In this document: piece by piece, positions 15,977 through 24,531 of the stretch
Numbering within the stretch: position 1 is the stretch's first letter
Layout of the letters: the number at the start of each line of letters is the position of its first letter
Assembly: GCA_963726455.1 (NCBI GenBank)
Contig: CAVSCK010000005.1
Coordinates: 256,001-320,000 of the forward strand
Length of the DNA stretch: 64,000 nucleotides
Reading direction: 5' to 3'
DNA from: an uncultured bacterium
GTDB lineage: Bacteria > Zixibacteria > MSB-5A5 > CAIYYT01
The notes under the pieces: model-generated
What the model saw: only the letters and a program-made list of their open reading frames with translations
Told to the model about the DNA's origin: nothing
Databases searched by the model: none
Program-made: the position numbers and the translations under genes

Positions 15977-17792
15977 ATGAAACTCAGATTAGTGCGCTTC
16001 TTAATGGTAATTCTCGCGATTACCATGTGCGCCTCGCTCTACGCCGATACGGCTACGGACGCGCAGGCCATGATCAAGCAACGCCAGTATGACAAGGCCG
16101 TCACCTTCCTGAATGAAGCCATTCAGAAGGATCCCAGCTACGCTGACCTCTATTTCTATCTGGGCCAGGCCTACTACTTCAAGAACGATTACGCAAGCGC
16201 CAAGGAACAGTTTCAGAATTGTCTGGATCGTAAGAGAAACTACGAAGATGCCAAGGCCTATCTGGCCTTGACTTACGTCGCATTGAAAGACTATCCGAAG
16301 GCCAAGGATATCCTTGACGAGGGCGTTGCCAAGAGCAAGACTCGCAAAGGATTATTCCAGGACATTCTCGGCAAATACTACCTGGCTCAGGGACAGTTCT
16401 CGGACGCCGATTTGGCGTTCAGGAAGGCCCAGATCGAAGAACCCAATAATCTTGCCTACAAGCGCGACCTGGCAGATCTGAATTTCGAGAACAAAGTTTA
16501 CGAGGTCGCGATTCAGGGTTACAAGGAAATTCTCGCCGCCGATTCGACGGACATCCTGACGCAATATCGGTTGGCGCGAGCGCTTTATTTCCAACAGAAG
16601 TTCGGCGAGGCGATGAAATCCCTCAATACGGCAATTGCGCTGGATTCTAGTTACTGCGGACGCTTACCAATTGGCCGGCGACATCTACATGATTCTGGGA
16701 TTGGCGGCTACGAATGCGGGGACGAATGGTGATGCTGGCGAGTCAAGCAATCAGGCGCCCGATTTCTTCAAGAATGCAATCTGGATGTATGACCACATGC
16801 TGAAATTAGGCGGCAAAGAAACACTCGACGTCGATTATCGCATGGGACAGGCATACTACAACGTAAACGGATTCCCGTCCGCGGTTGAGTATCTCGATAA
16901 GGCTATTGCCACAGGCAATGCCAAGGCGAACGCCTATGCCTTGAAAGCCAAGGCGCTGTTCCGGATGAAGCAGTACGATCAGGCCGAAGCGGCGTTTAAC
17001 GACTACGAGATGAAGGTGACCAAGGGAGATCCGAACTATCAGTGGTCGGCCAGTGATTTTGACTATTTCAGAGAGCGCTCACTCACTTATTTCCAGCTCT
17101 ATTGGGAAGGCAAGCGCGAAGGCCAGGCGGATAGTACGCTTTTGGAGAAGGCCATTCCCTTTTATTTGAAGGCGATTCAGGTTAGAGATACGTCTCTGGC
17201 GCCCGATGCGACTTTGTACGATCAGTTGGGTATTGCCTATTACTACGTCAACAAGTATCAGGAGGCAATTCCCTGGTTCGAGAAGAAGGTTGCCGTCGAC
17301 ACTCTGGCAATCAAGAGTTATCAGAACCTGGGCAATTGCTATATGAAGCTGAACAATCCGGAAAAGGCGATGGAGTACTTTAACAAGGTATTGCAACTCA
17401 ATCCCAGTGCTTGTTCGATTTACATTACGATGTTCAGCTACTATCTTGGTGAACGCAAGGACAGGAAAGAAGCGGCCAATATCGCACAGAAGTGGGCACA
17501 ATGTGACTCGGCCGGATATCAGGCCTACAAGTGGCTGGGGTTCTTCGCAATCTCGGACAAGCCACCTCGGAAGGACGCCGCGATCGAATACCTATTAAAG
17601 GCATATCGGCGTATGGAGGCACAGGGCGTCGATCCTTGCAAAGAAATCGATATTACCATTTGGATAGCGCAGGCATACGACATGTATGAGGATGACGCGC
17701 ATAAGAAGCAGTCGGTGGATTGGGCCAAGAAGGGCCTGAAATGTGACCCCAACAACAAGACGCTTAAAGATATTATCGAAAACTATCAGTGA
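15977..17792 (+). CDS. Secreted multi-TPR protein, split by a +1 frameshift near 16654
   Basis: Signal peptide and many TPRs. Removing one base joins ALDSSY to ADAYQLAGDIY, giving ~604 aa. Confidence 0.82.
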
Positions 17793-17813
17793 TGAATTAA
17801 GAGGTGACGCTAG

Positions 17814-18506
17814 ATGGCGGATGAAAAACAGGTTAATCCCGAGGAGCGATATCGATATATCGGTTTCGAGGTCTTCGGCGACAAACCTCAGAAATTTTGG
17901 CAGAACGACGATGAGCGAAAGAGCTACATCCAGCGGGTCAAAGCTGAGATCGGCTCGCTCTATCGCAATTCGGTCGTTTATGCATCGGTAATCAGTCGCA
18001 CCGATCGGATATTCATTATCATTGCCAGCGCGCTGATGATCCTGGCGCCGTTCTTCCCCTGGATGAGCGTCAAGACGCTCTACGGTTCGGAATCCTTTCT
18101 GGGGATCACCGGTCTGTTCAGCATGGGCGGGTTCTGGTTTTATGTCTCCAAAATGGGAGGCATGATAGTACCTCTGTCCCTGTATCTGCTGGCGCTGCTG
18201 GCCTACCTGTCGCTGGTATTCGGTGTCTGGACGCTGTTGACGGTGTTCAGCAAGGCGCCGTCGCAAGAAGCCTACCTGGCAAAGCTCAAGAAGGTGCTGC
18301 GCCTCAACATGATTCCGGCAATCGTGTTCCTGCTGATCGTGCTGTTAGGGCTGATCGGCCAGCGGATTCCCTTCGGTCCCTATCTGGGCATCGACGGATT
18401 GGGCGGCCATTACTCGATCGTTACCCTGATTCAGTTTTCCAGCATCGGGCTGTGGATGTCGTTCTTTGGTTTCATGCTGAATTTCAACAAGTCGAAAGAA
18501 TTCTAG
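17814..18506 (+). CDS. Hypothetical multi-TM membrane protein
   Basis: About four hydrophobic segments; GAGG RBS; lies in the operon upstream of exbB. Confidence 0.7.
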   Translation: MADEKQVNPEERYRYIGFEVFGDKPQKFWQNDDERKSYIQRVKAEIGSLYRNSVVYASVISRTDRIFIIIASALMILAPFFPWMSVKTLYGSESFLGITGLFSMGGFWFYVSKMGGMIVPLSLYLLALLAYLSLVFGVWTLLTVFSKAPSQEAYLAKLKKVLRLNMIPAIVFLLIVLLGLIGQRIPFGPYLGIDGLGGHYSIVTLIQFSSIGLWMSFFGFMLNFNKSKEF

Positions 18507-18562
18507 CATTAGTTTGGAAATAAATTCTTTGATCTATAACAGAAACTCGGAGGATTGATTCG

Positions 18563-19318
18563 GTGAAACAGTCGATTTTCATTACCGTGATTACGATTAC
18601 AGCGATCGTGCTGGGATATGTGATCTGGATGTTATTGGGCAGCCAGCCGGTAGGCACGATTACGCACTCGGTACACCAGGGTGGGCCGCTGGTAGTCATC
18701 CTGATTGCCGTTCTCTTCATGCTGTTGTGTTTCGTGGTTGAGCGCTTCCTGTCGTTGCGCGTCGCCAAGGGCACGGCCTCGGTACAGGTTTTCTTCAAAA
18801 GCTTAATTGAGATGCTGAGAAACCGTGACTATGAAGGCGCTTTGGCCGCCTGCGACAAGCAAAGAGGCACCACCGCCAACGTGCTGCGCGCCGGTATCGA
18901 ACGCTATGTGACCGTGAAGGACAACAAGGCCCTTGACGGCGACAAGAAGATTTCGCTGGTACAGGCCGCCATTGAGGAAGCCAACGCGCTGGAAGGACCG
19001 CTATTGGAGCGCAACCTGATCGCCATGTCAACGATCGCTTCGATCGCCACCATGATCGGTCTGCTGGGTACCACGATCGGTATGATTCGTGCGTTCGCCG
19101 CAACCGGTTCGGCTGCCGGCGGCGTGATTGACGCCACCCAGCTTGCGACCGGTATTTCCGAGGCATTGGTGAATACCGCAGGCGGACTGATCTCCGGTAT
19201 TCTGGGTATCTTCTTCTATAACTTCTTCGTCAACAAGGTCGACGCCTTCAACTACACGACAGACGAAGCTGTTTACGAAGTCATCCAGCTCTTCAAGGAG
19301 CAGGGAGGCGCTGCCTAA
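18563..19318 (+). CDS. exbB: MotA/TolQ/ExbB proton channel protein
   Basis: ATMIGLLGTTIGMIRAF and GISEALVNTAGGL motifs. Confidence 0.93.
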   Translation: MKQSIFITVITITAIVLGYVIWMLLGSQPVGTITHSVHQGGPLVVILIAVLFMLLCFVVERFLSLRVAKGTASVQVFFKSLIEMLRNRDYEGALAACDKQRGTTANVLRAGIERYVTVKDNKALDGDKKISLVQAAIEEANALEGPLLERNLIAMSTIASIATMIGLLGTTIGMIRAFAATGSAAGGVIDATQLATGISEALVNTAGGLISGILGIFFYNFFVNKVDAFNYTTDEAVYEVIQLFKEQGGAA

Positions 19319-19795
19319 ATGGCAAACATCAAGAAGAAACGGCGGATAGCCATCCGGATCGATATGACGCCGATGGTCGACATCGCCTTTCTGCTGTTGA
19401 TTTTCTACATGTCGACCACGCAATTCAAGCCGCCGGAGGCCAAATCCGTGAGACTGCCATCCTCGCACTCGCAGATTCAGCTGCCGGAAAAGGACAAAAT
19501 CGTAGTTACCGTTACGCCGGATGATTCGGTCTTCGTAGATTATATTGAAAGAGTCGAAAAAGAGGTTGAGGGCAGGACAATTTCGACCCTTGAGAGAGTC
19601 TACGTGGAAACCACGCCTGAGGCGGTGGGTAATGAGATCAACAAGATTCGAGCGCACAACCTCAGAGCGTTGGTAGTAATAAAGGCCGACAAAGACGTGA
19701 AGTACGGTACCATGGAAAAGATAATGAACACCATGGTGGAATCTAACCTGGCTCGATTTCAGATCGTCACTGAGCTGAAATCGGAGCGGCTGTGA
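19319..19795 (+). CDS. exbD: ExbD/TolR family protein
   Basis: IDMTPMVDIAFLLLIF and IKADKDVKYG motifs. Confidence 0.92.
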   Translation: MANIKKKRRIAIRIDMTPMVDIAFLLLIFYMSTTQFKPPEAKSVRLPSSHSQIQLPEKDKIVVTVTPDDSVFVDYIERVEKEVEGRTISTLERVYVETTPEAVGNEINKIRAHNLRALVVIKADKDVKYGTMEKIMNTMVESNLARFQIVTELKSERL

Positions 19796-19809
19796 GGAGG
19801 TGATCGTCC

Positions 19810-20430
19810 GTGGCTGATATACAAATGAAAGAAAAATCCGGCGGGAAGAAGGGCTTACGTCGTCCAAAGCGCCGCGTCGGTATTCGTATCGACATGACTC
19901 CCATGGTCGACATCGCTTTCCTGCTCCTGATCTTCTACATGGTGACCACGATTTTCGCGGCGCCACAGGCGATGGAAATCAACCTGCCACCCAAGCAGGA
20001 AGACTCATTGCCAGCTGAAAAGGTTAAGGAAAGTAATCTTCTGAGCGTCTTTGTGGACAAGGCCGGAGACTTCTATTACACCATTGGCAACGAGTTGAAG
20101 TCAACCCAGAACATTAAGATTCCCTGGCGGATACCTGCCGATTCGATCCGCGATCTGTTCATGAGATACAACTGGGCACGGCCGAAGCTCAACACGCTGT
20201 TTATCATCCATCCGCAAGCCAAGTATTCGCGGATGGTGGACTTGCTGGATGAAACTGAAGTTGTAGAGGCATTGCTTCGAACTAACCAGGATTTCCTGAA
20301 AGCATATTTGGCGGAAAACAAAGATGCCAAAACGTTCAGTTACCGATATGCGCTACGCCCGTGGGGTGCAAGGGATGACAAGACGTTTGAGAAAGTTTAC
20401 AATCCCGGGGCAGGAGGTTTATCGCCATGA
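19810..20430 (+). CDS. exbD: Second ExbD/TolR family protein
   Basis: IDMTPMVDIAFLLLIF and AKYSRMVDLLDE motifs. Confidence 0.9.
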   Translation: MADIQMKEKSGGKKGLRRPKRRVGIRIDMTPMVDIAFLLLIFYMVTTIFAAPQAMEINLPPKQEDSLPAEKVKESNLLSVFVDKAGDFYYTIGNELKSTQNIKIPWRIPADSIRDLFMRYNWARPKLNTLFIIHPQAKYSRMVDLLDETEVVEALLRTNQDFLKAYLAENKDAKTFSYRYALRPWGARDDKTFEKVYNPGAGGLSP

Positions 20431-21167
20431 CAGCAATAAGTCATTCGGTTAGATGGTCTCCGATCGGCGCCATTGAACTTAAGCGTACCTATCAGCGGAA
20501 TTTCCGTAACGCCACGTTCCTGGTGCTGGCGGCCTGGGCTGCGGTTATTCTTCTCGTAGTCATCGTAAGATTGATTATGGGCAGTGACACCGCCAACATT
20601 CCGACTCTGGTAATTCGAGACATTTCGCAACTGGGTCCGCCGCCGTCGGTAGCATCGAAGCCGGCACAGGTGAAGGTCACGCAGGAAATTGCGGCGCCGA
20701 AGTTTTCGCTGCCGGAAGCCGTTCCTGACGAGGAAGTCACCGAGGATTACACCGTGGTTTCGCAGGAGCAGTTGGCGGAGATGACAGCCCCTGCGGTCGG
20801 CGAAGGCGAAGGTGCAGGCGGCAATGTCAGAGTTGACATTCCTCTGGAAGAGTACTTGCCACAGCCGGACGAATTTGTCGCCGTCGAAGAACAGCCGGTT
20901 GCCATTCAACTTCCGGTTGCGAAGTATCCAGAGATGGCTAGAAAAGCCGGAATCGAGGGCAATGTTTGGGTGAAGGTACTGGTTGACAAGACCGGTAACG
21001 TGCGCGACGCTGTCATAGTCAAAGAGTCCGGTGCTAGCGCCGGATTTGAAGAGGCCGCATTGGAGGCAGCGAAGCAGGGTAAGTGGAAACCGGCGATGCA
21101 GAACAAGCAGCCGGTCGCAGTCTGGGTCTCCTACGAGGTCAAGTTCCAGCTAGGAAAATCGAGGTAA
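20427..21167 (+). CDS. tonB: Energy transducer TonB
   Basis: N-terminal TM, Pro-rich linker and YPEMARKAGIEGNVWV C-terminal domain. Confidence 0.92.
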   Translation: MTAISHSVRWSPIGAIELKRTYQRNFRNATFLVLAAWAAVILLVVIVRLIMGSDTANIPTLVIRDISQLGPPPSVASKPAQVKVTQEIAAPKFSLPEAVPDEEVTEDYTVVSQEQLAEMTAPAVGEGEGAGGNVRVDIPLEEYLPQPDEFVAVEEQPVAIQLPVAKYPEMARKAGIEGNVWVKVLVDKTGNVRDAVIVKESGASAGFEEAALEAAKQGKWKPAMQNKQPVAVWVSYEVKFQLGKSR

Positions 21168-21173
21168 TCATCG

Positions 21174-21203
21174 AAAAGGCCGACGAAAGTCGGCCTTTTT
21201 TTT
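21174..21203 (+). terminator. Rho-independent terminator
   Basis: AAAAGGCCGAC-GAAA-GTCGGCCTTTTTTTT. Confidence 0.92.
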
Positions 21204-21242
21204 GTTGCGTGTTCCCCCACATCTCACGATCCCCCATCGGCA

Positions 21243-21325
21243 GTAGGATAAGCATTCTTGCTTGTCCCTGTTCGATGCTGTCACTTGAACGGATGGGTGA
21301 AAGGACAAACAGGAATGTTCGTCCT
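21243..21325. repeat. Degenerate REP/REPIN-like inverted repeat
   Basis: GTAGGATAAGCATTCTTGCTTGTCC ... GGACAAACAGGAATGTTCGTCCT, an imperfect inverted pair starting with GTAG. Confidence 0.5.
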
Positions 21326-21484
21326 GATAAAGAAAAACGCCTACAAGGCGCTGCACCACGGGAATATTGTCTTTGAAAAGCGGTATGTCCTCTGGATGAG
21401 GAAAACGTTCTCATTCGCAGTAAGGACGGGCGGCAAACCAGCATACAGGTGCTGTACACGCCGTTTGGGAAGGAGGAACAAGAA

Positions 21485-22240
21485 ATGACCAATGTTTATG
21501 CGCAGACTGCTGTCTATGCTCATCGAGCATGGTCGCCGATCGGTGCGATCGAGTTGAAGAGCAAGTACCACGCGAATATGGGGAAAGCGGTTGTTGCTGT
21601 GATCGTCCTGTTTGGAGCAGTGATCGGCGGAGTGGCGTTGGCGAAAATGCTTATGGAACCAGTGCCGACGGATGGAATCCAATCCGTGGACTACGTATAC
21701 GAGATTGCAGATCTGGGACCGCCACCATCGTTGACAGAAGAACCGCCGCAGATTTCAATTACGCAGGAAATACAGAAGCCGATATTCACGATTCCGGTGC
21801 CGGTGCCGGACAACGAAGTGAGCGTTGAATACAAACTGCCGTCTCATGAAGAACTAGCCACCTATAATCCCGGCAAGATCGACCTGAATGGCGACCTGAG
21901 CGGCATCGCGATCCGGATTCAGCCGGACACTGAGATCATGGAGCCGACAATAGTGTTCGTGCCATTCGACGAGAAGCCGATTTCTGTCAAAATGGTGACC
22001 CCTAAGTATCCCCAGATGGCGCGGACCACACAACTTGAAGGGACAGTGACGCTTAACATACATATCGACACCAAAGGCACTGTGGACCAGGCGCTTGTTT
22101 CAAGCTGCACAACCCCAAATGTCGGATTCGAGGAAGCGGCTATACAATCTGCTCTACAGGGCAAGTGGAGACCTGCCATGCAGAACAAACAGCCGGTGGC
22201 GGTATGGGTTTCGTATCCAGTAGTGTTCAGATTGAAGTGA
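21485..22240 (+). CDS. tonB: TonB paralog 2 (full length)
   Basis: Shares WSPIGAIELK, LGPPPS and PAMQNKQPVAVWVSY with TonB1; AGGAGG RBS. Confidence 0.88.
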   Translation: MTNVYAQTAVYAHRAWSPIGAIELKSKYHANMGKAVVAVIVLFGAVIGGVALAKMLMEPVPTDGIQSVDYVYEIADLGPPPSLTEEPPQISITQEIQKPIFTIPVPVPDNEVSVEYKLPSHEELATYNPGKIDLNGDLSGIAIRIQPDTEIMEPTIVFVPFDEKPISVKMVTPKYPQMARTTQLEGTVTLNIHIDTKGTVDQALVSSCTTPNVGFEEAAIQSALQGKWRPAMQNKQPVAVWVSYPVVFRLK

Positions 22241-22312
22241 CTCCACGTGAGGCAAATTGATCGGGAAGCATATAGAATGCCCAATGAAATCAAAGAATTT
22301 TCGAAGTTATTG

Positions 22313-22341
22313 TGGACACAACCGTTGACGACGTATATACT
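22313..22341 (+). promoter_or_regulatory. Putative sigma70 promoter of TonB paralog 3
   Basis: TGGACA-17 nt-TATACT. Confidence 0.5.
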
Positions 22342-22428
22342 GTGAGTGGACCTTGCGTCCCGGTTCCCCGCCGGGATGAGCCCACAGGTCCGAACGGCAT
22401 CCTATATTGATGGATCAAGGAGGCAAGC

Positions 22429-22890
22429 ATGGCTAACCAGCTTTTGCGTCTGCTTTTCGCCGCAGCAGTGACAGCGGCATTATTGGTCACTTTCTCGATC
22501 GGTACTCAGAATTCGGCGTGGGCGGGAACCAGTTTGACAGTGGCTGAGAATACCGGCAACGACACGGCGAAGGTCGTTGACAAGAAGTTACCCTCGCCCG
22601 ATGATTTCATCGCCTACGAGACCGCACCGGTTAAGTTGAATGAGCCGGTAGCAGCGTACCCGGACTCGGCGATGAAGGCCGGAATCGAAGGCCGAGTATG
22701 GGTGAAGGTCCTGATCGACAAACAGGGCACCGTCAGGGACGCCCTGATCGTCAAGGATTCCGGCAAGAAGGTCGGTTTCGAAGAATCAGCGTTGACTGCA
22801 GCGAAACAGGCGACGTGGAAACCGGCTACGCAGAAGGGCGAGCCCATCGCGGTATGGGTGTCATACGAGGTGAAGTTCGCGCTGAAGTAG
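22429..22890 (+). CDS. Short TonB C-terminal-domain protein with probable signal peptide
   Basis: N-terminal hydrophobic stretch with SAWA site; YPDSAMKAGIEGRVWV. Confidence 0.85.
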   Translation: MANQLLRLLFAAAVTAALLVTFSIGTQNSAWAGTSLTVAENTGNDTAKVVDKKLPSPDDFIAYETAPVKLNEPVAAYPDSAMKAGIEGRVWVKVLIDKQGTVRDALIVKDSGKKVGFEESALTAAKQATWKPATQKGEPIAVWVSYEVKFALK

Positions 22891-22979
22891 CTCGTTCGAT
22901 TCTTCCTGCGATCGAACTTGCTATTCGTGACATCAGTTAGCATTTTGCCTCTGATACGTTACCGTTTGAGAGGGACAGA

Positions 22980-23444
22980 ATGCTTATACTTCGAACTGCC
23001 GTCATGGTAGTCGCCGGCACTTGCTGCTTATTGATGGGTTGTGCCGCGAGTTCAACATCAAACTCGACCGGCACGACCCTTACAGCTAAAGCCACAGTCA
23101 ATTCACCCCAATCGTCGACCAGCTCCCCGAGTCCCGATTCCGGCCTGTCAAATTCTGATAGCGTGCAGGTCGTAGATGAGATGCCGGCCTTCCTCTATGG
23201 GCCACGCCCTCATTACCCGGAGATCGCAAAGAGAAAGAAGGTTGAGGGTTCAGTCTGGGTCAAGGTTCTGGTCGGGAAGGACGGCAGGGTTCACAAAGCA
23301 GTCGTTTCCAAGCCGTCGAATACGGGAGTAGGATTTGAGGATGCGGCCCTGCAGGCGGCCAGACAGGGGACTTGGAATCCGGCTACGTTGAAGAGCAAGT
23401 ATGTTGACGCGTGGGTAACATACGAGATCAAATTCGAGCTCTAG
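22980..23444 (+). CDS. Short TonB C-terminal-domain lipoprotein
   Basis: Lipobox LMGC, Ser/Thr linker and YPEIAKRKKVEGSVWV. Confidence 0.83.
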   Translation: MLILRTAVMVVAGTCCLLMGCAASSTSNSTGTTLTAKATVNSPQSSTSSPSPDSGLSNSDSVQVVDEMPAFLYGPRPHYPEIAKRKKVEGSVWVKVLVGKDGRVHKAVVSKPSNTGVGFEDAALQAARQGTWNPATLKSKYVDAWVTYEIKFEL

Positions 23445-23460
23445 AAGTTTGAAATTTAGC

Positions 23461-23489
23461 TTGACGCGTTATTTAGTGTATGCTATCTT
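23461..23489 (+). promoter_or_regulatory. Putative sigma70 promoter of TonB paralog 5
   Basis: TTGACG-17 nt-TATCTT. Confidence 0.5.
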
Positions 23490-23646
23490 ATTATGGTTCT
23501 GAAGATTCGTTTGACACTCGATCCGGAATGACAGCCAACGGTTTTGATGTGTCGGCCCAGTCTGCCTGAGTCGACTCCATGGCGCATAGGCCCGTTTTTG
23601 TGAGGTTATGGCCTGTGTTGGATCGTAGTGAGAGGAGGAGAAGGCG

Positions 23647-24159
23647 ATGAAATTGGATGTTGCTTCGAACCTGCTAGTGGCGTTCGCGGTTGGCATTCTG
23701 TTGGCCTTCGCGATTTCATTTCTGCCGACGCATTCTGCTTATGCCGGTGAGGTCTACGCGGCCGGTCTGAGCGGCGGCAAAACCAAACCCCTGGTCGACA
23801 TCGAGAACAAAGTTGTTGCTCCGCCCAAGGAACGGCCCATCAAGGAAGCGCCGTTGGCGTCAACCAAGCCGGGACAGAACGACAGTTCACGCGCTATCGA
23901 AGATGCCGACAATTATCAGCTTTACATTGAGCCGGCTTATCCTCGTAAGGCGCGGTTGGCGATGAAGCAGGGTCAAGTCGACGTGCAGATCACGTTCGAC
24001 AAGGAAGGCAAGATGAAGGATGCTCGTGTCGTGCACTGTTCGACCCCGGGATGGGGATTTGAGCAGGCGGTGCTGGCTGCATCGCTGGAAGCGCGTCTTA
24101 ACGGTCATCCCGATCGCGAGGTCACAGTAAAGGCCACGTTGAAATTCCAGCTCGAATAG
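23647..24159 (+). CDS. Short TonB C-terminal-domain protein with probable signal peptide
   Basis: SAYA site; YPRKARLAMKQGQVDV...GFEQA; AGGAGG RBS. Confidence 0.8.
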   Translation: MKLDVASNLLVAFAVGILLAFAISFLPTHSAYAGEVYAAGLSGGKTKPLVDIENKVVAPPKERPIKEAPLASTKPGQNDSSRAIEDADNYQLYIEPAYPRKARLAMKQGQVDVQITFDKEGKMKDARVVHCSTPGWGFEQAVLAASLEARLNGHPDREVTVKATLKFQLE

Positions 24160-24531
24160 CAGCGGGACACAAGTCCGTCCCCTCAACCATCCCTCTAACG
24201 CTCGCAGGCAGCGTTAATCGAGCATTATAATTCCTGCCATAGCTGTGGCGCTATCGGTGTTGCACTTGCTATGGGAATAGATTGCTTCGTTGCCGCTATC
24301 ACGACTCCCACTTTCCTCATGCTCCTCGCATTGACTAGCTCAACCAACCAGAACAACCTTTCCAAACATTGCTGCCAGTCTGCATAAGACGGCGGTCACT
24401 TTTGCCGCAGAATGATCGCAACAAACCAGTGGACAAACAGGGAAATCGGGTGCATTTTTGGCGCGTATAACCCTAGAGGTTACGGAGAATAATGAATTGA
24501 TAATTTTTCTGTAGATTGCGAGGAGGAAAGA

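Noticed and set aside
21428-21466. GGCAAACC hairpin resembling a c-di-GMP-I riboswitch
   Set aside because: No GNRA loop, no GACGCAAAGC junction and no second hairpin.
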